From contig CAXXIH010000001.1 in the NCBI GenBank assembly GCA_963663365.2, positions 875,209 to 939,208 on the forward strand: a stretch of 64,000 bases of DNA, read 5' to 3'. Position numbers and translations under genes: made by a program. The DNA is from a bacterium. Its GTDB lineage: Bacteria; Hinthialibacterota; Hinthialibacteria; Hinthialibacterales; G963663365. The stretch's first letter is position 1, and the number at the start of each line of letters is the position of its first letter. The notes beneath the pieces were generated by a model, which was given only the letters and a program-made list of their open reading frames with translations, was not told the origin of the DNA and made no database searches. Positions 9,315 to 16,955 of the stretch are shown piece by piece.

Positions 9315-9572
9315 TACATGCCTCCATGGTTGCAATAAACAATACGGCATTCTTCAAAGCCAATCGGAATTGTACGGTCTGCGAAATCGCAAAGGTCGAA
9401 ATTAGCAAGAATTCATAAGGCCTCATGGCCCGCCTCCTAGCGTGCTACCGGTTGTGCCCACTTACTTTATGATTATTACATCAAAAAGTCCGACTGTAAA
9501 CGACTGAGAGCAGGGGTGCGAAGAGGGAAGGATGATCCGGAAATCGTAATATAACCAAGGCAATAAATATCT

Positions 9573-9701
9573 GGCCAAGGGTCCCCCCATCGGCGGGATT
9601 AACAGCCATCCGGATTGTCTTCCGGATTCTTAAGCCAAAAGCAAAAAGGCCGCTCAAGTGAGCGGCCAGAAAATCTTCACGCTCCCCGGGTAGGACTCGA
9701 A
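9573..9701 (-). repeat. Copy A of the tRNA-Asn 3' end (20 nt) plus its ~110-nt downstream flank
   Basis: Near-identical to 11846-11974. It includes the hairpin GGCCGCTCAAGTGAGCGGCC, the CCCxCC-loop-GGCGGG hairpin and ...CACGCTCCCCGGGTAGGACTCGAA. Confidence 0.85.
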
Positions 9702-9749
9702 TACCGCGCCGATTGCGCGGCACCTCCGATTCTCTCCGGCCAACAAACT

Positions 9750-9878
9750 GGCCGAAGGTCCCGCCGCGGGCGGGATTAACAGCAATCCGGATTGTCTTCC
9801 GGATTCTTGAGCAAAAAGCAAAAAGGCCGCTCATGTGAGCGGCCAGAAAATCTTCACGCTCCCCGGGTAGGACTCGAA
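9750..9878 (-). repeat. Copy B of the tRNA-Asn 3' end plus flank (177 bp downstream of copy A)
   Basis: Same module as copy A with a few substitutions (hairpin loop GCG, CTCATGTGAG). Confidence 0.85.
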
Positions 9879-9926
9879 TGCCGCGATGGCGGTGCGGCAC
9901 CTGCGCTCCGCTCCGGCCTACAAACT

Positions 9927-9975
9927 GGCCAAGGGTCCCGCCATCGGCGGGATTAACAGCCATCCGGATTGCCTT
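9927..9975 (-). repeat. Copy C, partial (distal ~50 nt of the flank module only)
   Basis: GGCCAAGGGTCCCGCCATCGGCGGGATTAACAGCCATCCGGATTGCC starts exactly 177 bp after copy B. It merges into the 3' end of the GIY-YIG ORF. Confidence 0.8.
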
Positions 9976-10180
9976 TTGAATGGCTGAGCAGGAAGCGTTT
10001 GATACCTCGCTTCTTGATCTGCTTTTCCAAAGCCATCGCTTCTGCTCGGGTTTCGCAGCTCTGTGTCCAGACCAGCCTCCAAGGGCCGGGGAATTGCTTT
10101 GTCGTTTTTGTGCTGTGATGATTGGGGTCGTTATGTTGTTGAATCCGGCGTTCCAAGTTGCCGGTTTGTCCGGACGGCAA
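9953..10180 (-). pseudogene. GIY-YIG nuclease superfamily gene, N-terminally truncated
   Basis: SGQTGNLERRIQQHN...WRLVWTQSCETRAEAMALEKQIKKRGIKRF matches the central and C-terminal part of small GIY-YIG proteins. The GIY strand is missing: an in-frame TAA lies 3 codons upstream of the TTG start. Confidence 0.5.
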
Positions 10181-10525
10181 AATGTCCGCTTACATCTCCT
10201 ACGTCTTTGTTGAATAATGGAGCAGACAAATTTGGAGGGTGAGTAATGCTTAGCGCATTCTTTGAACGGTTCGGCCCGATGGCGAAACTCCGCTCGCACC
10301 GGGAGGTTGTCGCTCTTGTAATATTCCTCCTTATCTTTGGCCGCGGACCTGGTGGTTTTATAAAGGCAATGATCTGCTTCGCCATGTATCGCTACATCAC
10401 ATGGAAGCCGGATGATCAACAAGATCCTTGATGGTTCATGAAACGGCGCCGACCTGGATGCGAAGTGCCGCAACTTCCCCCCAAATGCCAAACCCCGTCC
10501 GGGCGGCCGGAAGTTATCTAAATAT

Positions 10526-10583
10526 CCCAGGTAGGACTCGAATACCGCGCTATATGCGCGGCACCTTCGCTCCGCTCCGGCCT
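10526..10583 (-). repeat. Copy E: tRNA-Asn 3'-end fragment plus island-side hairpin segment
   Basis: CCCAGGTAGGACTCGAATACCGCGCTATATGCGCGGCACCTTCGCTCCGCTCCGGCC parallels 9685-9742 and 9862-9918. Confidence 0.75.
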
Positions 10584-10781
10584 ATGATTTGGATACACGG
10601 ACTGTGAAGAAGATATCCTGGTGGTGATGATGGGATATATAAGATACGAGAGAATAGGAAGCGGAGGATCAATATGGGGCAGCGGGTGAGAATAGGCTGC
10701 GGAAACAGGTGAAAATCTGCCTTTGCGGATGTGGTTGTTGGTGTAAAATAATGAGTTTGTATATTTGAACTTGCTTTTCTC

Positions 10782-11576
10782 ATGGGGGGCATTATGCTGT
10801 ATGCTAGGCTTTACATTGATGAAGTCGGAAATCCAAGCCTTACAGCTTCACATAATCACTTAGCTAACCAATATTTCAGCATCACAGGCGTGATTTTCGA
10901 AAAGAATCATGCAATCACTCATGTGAAACCAGAAATTGAGAAACTTAAAAGTCGATTTTTTCAAAATGCTCCATCCAAACCGACTATTTTTCACAGAAAG
11001 GATATTTCAGGTCGGCGTGGAGCGTTCAAAGTACTGAACATACCGTCAATTCGAACACAGTTTCATACCGAACTTGGCATTTTTCTCCAGTCCTGCGCAT
11101 ATACGGTTATAACTGTTTGTATTGATAAATGGGCTCAATATAAAAAGTATCAAAAATGGACTTTCGATCCCTATAAATACGCTATGGAGTTGATTGTTGA
11201 ACGTTATTTCTATCATCTTTCTGCATATGGATTGACCGGAGATGTAATGATAGAAGCCATTAATAAAAGCCGGGATAATATGATGAGCAATCATTTTGCT
11301 CATATACACTCAGTTGGAACTGCTTTTGTTCCTAATCTATCTGCACGCATTGTAAGCCCCCAATTGAAAATACAAGCAAAGGCCGCAAATATTCCGGGCC
11401 TACAGATTGCCGATTTATTTGCATCACCTAGCCAGAAGCGGGTCATGCACGCGTATGGACAACCAATTAACCCAACGGCTCTGGACGCAGTAATTATCAA
11501 TAGTGGGTTACAGGATGGCCGATACCATAACGACGGCGCCGGAAAAATTTTGGGCTACGGTATGAAATTAATTTAA
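10782..11576 (+). CDS. DUF3800-family protein
   Basis: N-terminal LYIDEVGN and C-terminal GLQIADLFASP match the DUF3800 signature (YIDESG ... LQxADxxA). ATG 10794 is an alternative start. Confidence 0.65.
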   Translation: MGGIMLYARLYIDEVGNPSLTASHNHLANQYFSITGVIFEKNHAITHVKPEIEKLKSRFFQNAPSKPTIFHRKDISGRRGAFKVLNIPSIRTQFHTELGIFLQSCAYTVITVCIDKWAQYKKYQKWTFDPYKYAMELIVERYFYHLSAYGLTGDVMIEAINKSRDNMMSNHFAHIHSVGTAFVPNLSARIVSPQLKIQAKAANIPGLQIADLFASPSQKRVMHAYGQPINPTALDAVIINSGLQDGRYHNDGAGKILGYGMKLI

Positions 11577-11671
11577 CGAAATTAAAAACGGCTCCCAAAG
11601 GAGCCGTAAACGAAGGCTTCTGCCTTCTCCCTCCAGAGACACAATTAAGTATCCTGGATTGATATAATTTT

Positions 11672-11790
11672 ACAACAAGAATCAACAAGAATCAACAAGA
11701 ATCAACAAGAATCAACAAGAATCAACAAGAATCAACAAGAATCAACAAGAATCAACAAGAATCAACAAGAATCAACAAGAATCAACAAGA
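11672..11790. repeat. Perfect 10-bp tandem repeat (ATCAACAAGA), 11 full units plus a 9-nt partial unit
   Basis: Read directly: ACAACAAGA at 11672-11680, then ATCAACAAGA x11 at 11681-11790 with no substitutions. Confidence 0.95.
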
Positions 11791-11845
11791 AGTGCCATTT
11801 TTAATATGCATAATGAGTGGCAGAAGGGGGAAGAAGATAATTCTA

Positions 11846-11974
11846 GGCCGAAGGTCCCGCCGCAGGCGGGATTAACAGCCATCCGGATTGCCTTCCAGAT
11901 TCTTAAGCCAAAAGCAAAAAGGCCGCTCAAGTGAGCGGCCAGAAAATCTTCACGCTCCCCGGGTAGGACTCGAA
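11846..11974 (-). repeat. Copy D: the native tRNA-Asn 3' end and downstream flank (reference copy of the repeat family)
   Basis: Contiguous with the intact tRNA. Identity with copies A and B ends inside the T-loop at 11974. Confidence 0.85.
11909..11940 (-). terminator. Rho-independent terminator of tRNA-Asn
   Basis: On the minus strand, GGCCGCTCACTTGAGCGGCC is followed by TTTTTGCTTTT. Confidence 0.7.
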
Positions 11975-12027
11975 CCTACAACCCACTGGTTAACAGCCAG
12001 TTGCTCTGCCTATTGAGCTACCGAGGA
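11955..12027 (-). tRNA. tRNA-Asn (anticodon GUU), CCA not encoded
   Basis: Manual cloverleaf: acceptor TCCTCGG/CCGGGGA (one G-U pair), D stem GCTC/GAGC, anticodon stem ACTGG/CCAGT with loop CTGTTAA, T arm GTAGG-TTCGAGT-CCTAC, discriminator G. Total 73 nt. Confidence 0.9.
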
Positions 12028-12244
12028 ATAGAATTGCTCCGGCACAGGGCCAGAGCGCGATAAAACTAGGCGCTCGGAGCCTTCCGGTCAAGCTGACGCC
12101 GTTAGGAAGTGTATCCAAGACATCGGTGCAAAGATGGCCTTGACAGTTAGGCCGGTTAAGACGGCGGTTCCGGCGTGCAAATCATAGGGCGGAGCAGGGT
12201 GGCCGCCTCGCGAAGCCGGGCCTCTTTCTCTACGTTATCGAATC

Positions 12245-13114
12245 ATGAATGCAACTACCCAAGCGGGCCGTGTCGCCCTTATTCAATTCCCCGGATCAAA
12301 CTGTGAATCTGAAACCGAGCGTGCGCTGAGCGCCGCGGGCCTGAATGTGACCACCTACCGTTGGAACGCGGAGCCGGGCGGTCTCGAAGATTTCGATGCC
12401 TATGTGATCGGTGGCGGGTTCTCATACGAAGACCGTGTCCGTGCCGGTGTGATCGCGGCCAAAGAGCCGCTGCTCGAAGTTATGTGCCGCCGTGCGGGCG
12501 AAGGCGCGCCGGTATTGGGCATTTGTAATGGCGCGCAGATTCTGCTTGAAACCGGTCTGGTGCCGGGCCTGAGCCGGGGACAGGTCGAAATGGCCCTGGC
12601 TCCTAACAAGATGACCGTGGACGGCGAAATTGTCCGTAGCGGCCACCACTGCGCCTGGGTGGAGTTGCGTTATGAGGCCACCGCAGGCCGTACACCCTTC
12701 ACAACCCGTCTGCAGCCCGGCGACCAGGTGCCCATGACTCTTTCCCATGGCGAAGGCCGCTTTACATGCCGTGATGAAGAGACTCTCAACGCGCTTCTAG
12801 AGAACGACCAGGTGCTATTCCGTTATGTCGGTGACGATGGAGAGCCCTCGGATAACTTCCCTACCAATCCCAACGGTTCATGGCGTTCTGTCGCGGGACT
12901 GTGCAATCCCGAAGGCAATGTTGTGGCGCTGATGCCGCATCCCGAGCGGGCCTCGTTCCTGTTCCAGGTGCCCAGTGTTTGGCCCGGCCCATGGGGCGAA
13001 CAGAAACGCAAAGCCGCGGGAAACTGGGAGACGTTCTCCGGTCCCGGCCCGGGTTTTGTGATGTTCCAATCCCTGGCCGACAGCCTTGGCCTTCCTGTCA
13101 AACCCGAAATGTAA
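12245..13114 (+). CDS. purQ: Phosphoribosylformylglycinamidine synthase I (glutamine amidotransferase subunit)
   Basis: ALIQFPGSNCE, GGFSYED, nucleophile motif GICNGAQIL, HGEGRF and MPHPER. Confidence 0.85.
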   Translation: MNATTQAGRVALIQFPGSNCESETERALSAAGLNVTTYRWNAEPGGLEDFDAYVIGGGFSYEDRVRAGVIAAKEPLLEVMCRRAGEGAPVLGICNGAQILLETGLVPGLSRGQVEMALAPNKMTVDGEIVRSGHHCAWVELRYEATAGRTPFTTRLQPGDQVPMTLSHGEGRFTCRDEETLNALLENDQVLFRYVGDDGEPSDNFPTNPNGSWRSVAGLCNPEGNVVALMPHPERASFLFQVPSVWPGPWGEQKRKAAGNWETFSGPGPGFVMFQSLADSLGLPVKPEM

Positions 13115-13171
13115 AGCCGGAATTAATCGCATTAACACTCTCTAAGCCAAGATGTACCAATGGCTTAGGAG

Positions 13172-13193
13172 CAATGTCGGAATTCCGACATTG
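13172..13193. terminator. Perfect 22-bp palindrome between convergent genes (likely bidirectional terminator)
   Basis: CAATGTCGGAATTCCGACATTG, followed by TGTCTTT. It lies between the purQ stop (13114) and the permease stop (13229). Confidence 0.45.
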
Positions 13194-13228
13194 TGTCTTT
13201 GGCGCATGTAGAAGGCTGTATTTTCGTT

Positions 13229-14290
13229 TTACGATTTCTTATCGCTGCTTAGGGAGCGGTGACGCCAGAGGTCGGCAAAGACGGCCAGAATGATGATCGA
13301 GCCGATCACGATCCGCTGCACATAAGGTGAAATTCCTACCAGATTGCAGCCATTCCGCAAAAAGCCCATGATCGCCGCGCCGATCATCGAACCCAAGATG
13401 GTGCCTTCACCACCCAAAAGGCTGCCGCCGCCGATGACGACAGCGGCGATGACATCCAATTCCCGGCCTACGGCGATTGTGGGTTGTCCCGTGACCAGAC
13501 GTGAGGATTGGATGATTCCGGCGATCCCCGTAGCCAAACCGCATAGGGCATAGACAGCCACTTTGCTGCGGTTGACCCGGATTCCACAGAGACCGGCGGT
13601 TTGTTCATTGGAACCGATGGCGTAAACGCTGGTTCCGAATACGGTCTTACGTAACACCAGCCAGGCCAGGGCCGCAAAAACGATCAAAAACAGAAATGAG
13701 TAAGGAACGACCAGGCCGAGCCCGGGAATCTTGAGTTCAGCATTGGCCAGATATTCGAACTGGTCGGGCAGATTGGTGACCTGCAGACCGCCGGTGATTT
13801 GGAGCGCTGTTCCGCGAAAAATCTCAAGCGTGCCCAGGGTCACGATGAATGGCGGCAGGCGCAGTTTGGTGATCATGATGCCATTGAGCGCGCCGCAGAT
13901 CGCTCCGGTCAGCACCGAAACCGCCACGCCGCCGCAGATGGCCGAAATCACCGGCCAGCCGGTTTCCAACTCTTCGGGGGACATGGTTTGCGCGTAATGC
14001 TCCATGATGCCGTTAATGGCCATGGTTCCGGTCACGCCTGAAAGCGCGATCAGCGATCCCACCGATAGGTCAATGCCGCCGCTGACGATGACATAGGTCA
14101 TCCCTACCGCGGTTAGGGCCACGACTAAAATCTGCCCGGCGACATTGCCCATATTGCGGCCGGTTAAAAATGATTGTGGCGCAAGGATCGAAAACAGCGC
14201 GATGATAATGGCCAATCCTAAAAGCGGTCCTAAAAGATCGACTACTTTTTTTAGCGTTCCGGATACACCCGCGGCTTGCGGTTCAGACAT
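13229..14290 (-). CDS. Sugar ABC transporter permease (RbsC/AraH-type)
   Basis: Polytopic membrane ORF. The likely start MSEPQ at 14290 overlaps the ATPase stop by 8 nt. The ORF-track start at 14440 lies inside the ATPase gene. Confidence 0.8.
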   Translation of the reverse strand: MSEPQAAGVSGTLKKVVDLLGPLLGLAIIIALFSILAPQSFLTGRNMGNVAGQILVVALTAVGMTYVIVSGGIDLSVGSLIALSGVTGTMAINGIMEHYAQTMSPEELETGWPVISAICGGVAVSVLTGAICGALNGIMITKLRLPPFIVTLGTLEIFRGTALQITGGLQVTNLPDQFEYLANAELKIPGLGLVVPYSFLFLIVFAALAWLVLRKTVFGTSVYAIGSNEQTAGLCGIRVNRSKVAVYALCGLATGIAGIIQSSRLVTGQPTIAVGRELDVIAAVVIGGGSLLGGEGTILGSMIGAAIMGFLRNGCNLVGISPYVQRIVIGSIIILAVFADLWRHRSLSSDKKS

Positions 14291-15845
14291 GACTTGTCTC
14301 CATTTCGAGGCCCGTGGCCAAGGCCATGACCCCGTGTTCGTCAATTTCATGGCGCGCGTATTTGCGGCTGATAGATCCCCGGCACATAACATAGATGGAA
14401 TCGCACATACCGAAGATTTCCGGCAGATAACTGGATACAAACACTACGCCGCAGCCTTCGCCGGCTAACGCGCATAGCAGACGGTAGATTTCTTGTTTTG
14501 CGCCGATGTCGATACCCCGGGTAGGTTCATCCAAAAGGAAAATCCTGGCCTGTGCCGACATCAGCCGGGCAATAGCGACTTTTTGTTGGTTGCCTCCGGA
14601 GAGTTCGCCGACTTTTTGCAGGGGCGATGCGGCTTTCACGCTCAGTTTTTGCATATGTTCCTGGGCGATTTCATTCTGCACCCGGTCCGATATCCACCAA
14701 CCGGGCAGGATGAGTTTCTGTGTACAGCGATGCAGCGATGAGAGGGTCATGTTTACGGCGATTGAGAGATTTTGCGCCAGGCCCTCACGTGAACGGTCTT
14801 CGCTTAGGTAACCGATTCCCTCACGCACCAGCACATCCGGGCTGATGCGTTGTACGGTCAGTTTCTCTTCTAAATCGTCGCCTGTTTGCACGGTGAAATT
14901 TTCGGCCTCACCGGAATCCAAACCAAACATGGCCCGCAGCATTTCTGTACGGCCCGAACCGACCAAACCCGCGATACCGACGATCTCACCGGCGCGGATT
15001 TCTAGTGCGGCGTCCGAGGTTCCATTGGGGCTGGATAAGCCCGCAATGGTTAAGACGGGCTTTCCGATTTGAGGCTGACGCTGCGGGTAGAGCTCGTTTA
15101 CTTCACGGCCCACCATATGTTGAATGACCGCTTCGGTGGTGACTTCAGCCAGGGGACCGTGATGCGCCAACTGGCCATCGCGCAAGACGGTGATCTCGTC
15201 TCCGATTTGGCCGAATTCTTCCAGGTAATGGGAGATATAAATCACCGCCACACCGCGTTCGGTCAACGTACGAATCACCGCAAACAGCGTTGCCGCTTCT
15301 TGTTCGGACAGCGCGGCGGTCGGTTCATCCATCACGATCAATTCCGCATCCGCGGCTAAGGCCCGGGCGATTTCGACTACTTGTCTTTGGGCAATCCCCA
15401 GGTCCCGGGTTAATGTTCGCGGATCGATATCGACAGAAAGACGTTCGAAAAGTTCTTCGCAACGGCGGATTTGCTCGGCCTCATTTACGAAACCGAATTT
15501 TGCGACCTCTTGGCCAAGGAATACATTTGTATGCACAGGGAGATGCAGCGCCAAGGTCAGTTCCTGGTAGATCATGGCGATGCCTTGGCGCAAGGCTTCA
15601 GACGGGCTGTCGGGGCGGAACGGCTCTCCGTGCCAAAGAATCTCCCCGCTATCCGCGGCATGCACACCCATCAAGATTTTCATGAGCGTGCTTTTTCCGG
15701 CTCCGTTTTCACCCGCCAAAATGTGTACGGTCCCCGCGTGCACATCCATACTGACATCATTAAGCGCAACCGTGCCGCCGAATGTTTTGTGGATGTTACA
15801 AAACGAAAGCAACGGCTTATTGGCTTCGGAGTTCAACTGATTCAT
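14283..15845 (-). CDS. Sugar ABC transporter ATP-binding protein, duplicated ATPase (RbsA/MglA-type)
   Basis: Two ABC cassettes: GENGAGKST ... LIVMDEPTAAL, and LSGGNQQKVAIAR ... FLLDEPTRGID. Confidence 0.85.
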   Translation of the reverse strand: MNQLNSEANKPLLSFCNIHKTFGGTVALNDVSMDVHAGTVHILAGENGAGKSTLMKILMGVHAADSGEILWHGEPFRPDSPSEALRQGIAMIYQELTLALHLPVHTNVFLGQEVAKFGFVNEAEQIRRCEELFERLSVDIDPRTLTRDLGIAQRQVVEIARALAADAELIVMDEPTAALSEQEAATLFAVIRTLTERGVAVIYISHYLEEFGQIGDEITVLRDGQLAHHGPLAEVTTEAVIQHMVGREVNELYPQRQPQIGKPVLTIAGLSSPNGTSDAALEIRAGEIVGIAGLVGSGRTEMLRAMFGLDSGEAENFTVQTGDDLEEKLTVQRISPDVLVREGIGYLSEDRSREGLAQNLSIAVNMTLSSLHRCTQKLILPGWWISDRVQNEIAQEHMQKLSVKAASPLQKVGELSGGNQQKVAIARLMSAQARIFLLDEPTRGIDIGAKQEIYRLLCALAGEGCGVVFVSSYLPEIFGMCDSIYVMCRGSISRKYARHEIDEHGVMALATGLEMETSHV

Positions 15846-15965
15846 ACGTTCGGTTGTGTCAGACAGGTTTTATCAAGTTAATTCTTTCAACACATTTGGG
15901 GCGTATTCCGGCCGGTATAAAATAAGGCCTAACCGGACATCAAAATTTGCAACGCCCATTTGCCT

Positions 15966-16955
15966 TTATTCATCGAGCGAACTCAAATCCGGCTGGAGGA
16001 GTTTGGCGTTTTCCGGCTCGTCCATTGTCTCCGTTTTGATGACCTTGACGCCGGTATCGATACGTTTGTCTGGTGTTTTGCCATTCATCGCATCGACCAA
16101 AGTGCTCACCGCAAGGTAACCCATGCGGAATGGATCCTGCAAAACCAATGCATTGATTTCCCCGGCGCGTAAGGCTTCGTTCAATTTTTCGGAAGCGTCG
16201 AAACCGACCAACTTTTTCTTTCCGGCCAGGTCTTGGGCACGCAAAGCCTGCCAAGCTCCGAAGGTCATCGGTTCGCAAGACGCGAAAATACCATCCACAT
16301 CGGGATTGCGCGTAAGCAAATCTTCTGTGACGGCCCGTGCCCGCGCCCGGTCGCTATTGCCATACTGCATGTCCACGATTTCGATTTCAGGGAAATTTTT
16401 GGCGATGGCATCCTTAAAACCTTGTTCGCGTTTGTCGGTGGAGCCGCTGCCCGGTTCATTGGCGATGACGATGACTTTACCTTTGTTGCCAAGTAGTTCG
16501 GCCAAGGCCTGGGCCGCTTTGACACCACCCTCGTAATTGTCGGTTGCGACGAAACTGACGTAATCCTCGGTGTTGGCATCCGAATCGAAGAGCACAAGCG
16601 GGATTTTGTCTTGATTCACGCGCTTGATAACCGGCAGCAAAGCATCGGCATCCTGCGGAGCCAGGGCGATGGCATCGACCATTTTGGCGATGAAGTTCTC
16701 CACGATTTCGATTTGCAGGTCGCGTTGGATTTCGGTTTGCGGACCCTGCCATTCAATTTTGACATCGAGGTCTTTGGAGGCCTGCAAAGCGCCTGCGTGC
16801 ACGGTCTGCCAGAATTCATGCGCAGTACCTTTGGGAATAACGGCAATGGTTACTTGTTTTTTGCCTTGTTCGCCACAGCCAGCCGCGAAGAATACCGAGG
16901 CTACTAGACCGCCCAATAGGATTGCCCCAATGTGAAGACTCCCTCGCTTACGCAT
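15966..16955 (-). CDS. Sugar ABC transporter periplasmic substrate-binding lipoprotein (RbsB-like)
   Basis: Signal peptide plus lipobox (FFAAGC). Type I periplasmic-binding-fold pattern (IAVIPKG..., DAIALAP, VIVIANEPGSGS). Confidence 0.8.
   Translation of the reverse strand: MRKRGSLHIGAILLGGLVASVFFAAGCGEQGKKQVTIAVIPKGTAHEFWQTVHAGALQASKDLDVKIEWQGPQTEIQRDLQIEIVENFIAKMVDAIALAPQDADALLPVIKRVNQDKIPLVLFDSDANTEDYVSFVATDNYEGGVKAAQALAELLGNKGKVIVIANEPGSGSTDKREQGFKDAIAKNFPEIEIVDMQYGNSDRARARAVTEDLLTRNPDVDGIFASCEPMTFGAWQALRAQDLAGKKKLVGFDASEKLNEALRAGEINALVLQDPFRMGYLAVSTLVDAMNGKTPDKRIDTGVKVIKTETMDEPENAKLLQPDLSSLDE

Larger units (their letters stand above)
6575..11954. mobile_element. Composite genomic island or integration-hotspot remnant adjacent to tRNA-Asn (no recombinase gene present)
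   Basis: Repeated copies of the tRNA-Asn 3' end and flank lie at 9573, 9750, 9927, 10526 and 11846. Composition drops strongly across 6580-9400 and 10780-11800. The cargo genes are of accessory type (TIR, DUF3800, GIY-YIG). Confidence 0.55.

Noticed and set aside
9682-9748. Additional tRNA or pseudo-tRNA genes in repeat copies A, B and E
   Set aside because: Only the last 20 nt of tRNA-Asn are present. The 5 nt preceding the T-loop (CGGTA) cannot pair with CCTAC, and there is no matching 5' acceptor strand.
9573-9975. Possible CRISPR array
   Set aside because: The units are 177 bp and directly abutting, with no unique spacers. The repeat content is the tRNA 3' end plus its flank, and there are no cas genes in the window.
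9481-10491. 336-aa minus-strand ORF spanning the repeat array
   Set aside because: It reads straight through the three tandem tRNA-flank repeats and hairpins, which gives it an internally repetitive Arg/Gly/Pro-rich sequence. It also overlaps the GIY-YIG remnant in another frame. It is an artefact of GC-rich repeats that lack stop codons.
6575-12027. Integrase, excisionase or transposase expected next to the tRNA
   Set aside because: I checked all listed ORFs on both strands in this interval. None shows tyrosine or serine recombinase or DDE motifs.
12028-12244. ZTP (pfl) or purine riboswitch in the purQ leader
   Set aside because: Fragments such as GGCCGCCTCGCG only loosely resemble the CCGCCTGGGC element. 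The conserved GGGTCG/GACTGGCG 5' subdomain is absent, and no purine-riboswitch core is seen.
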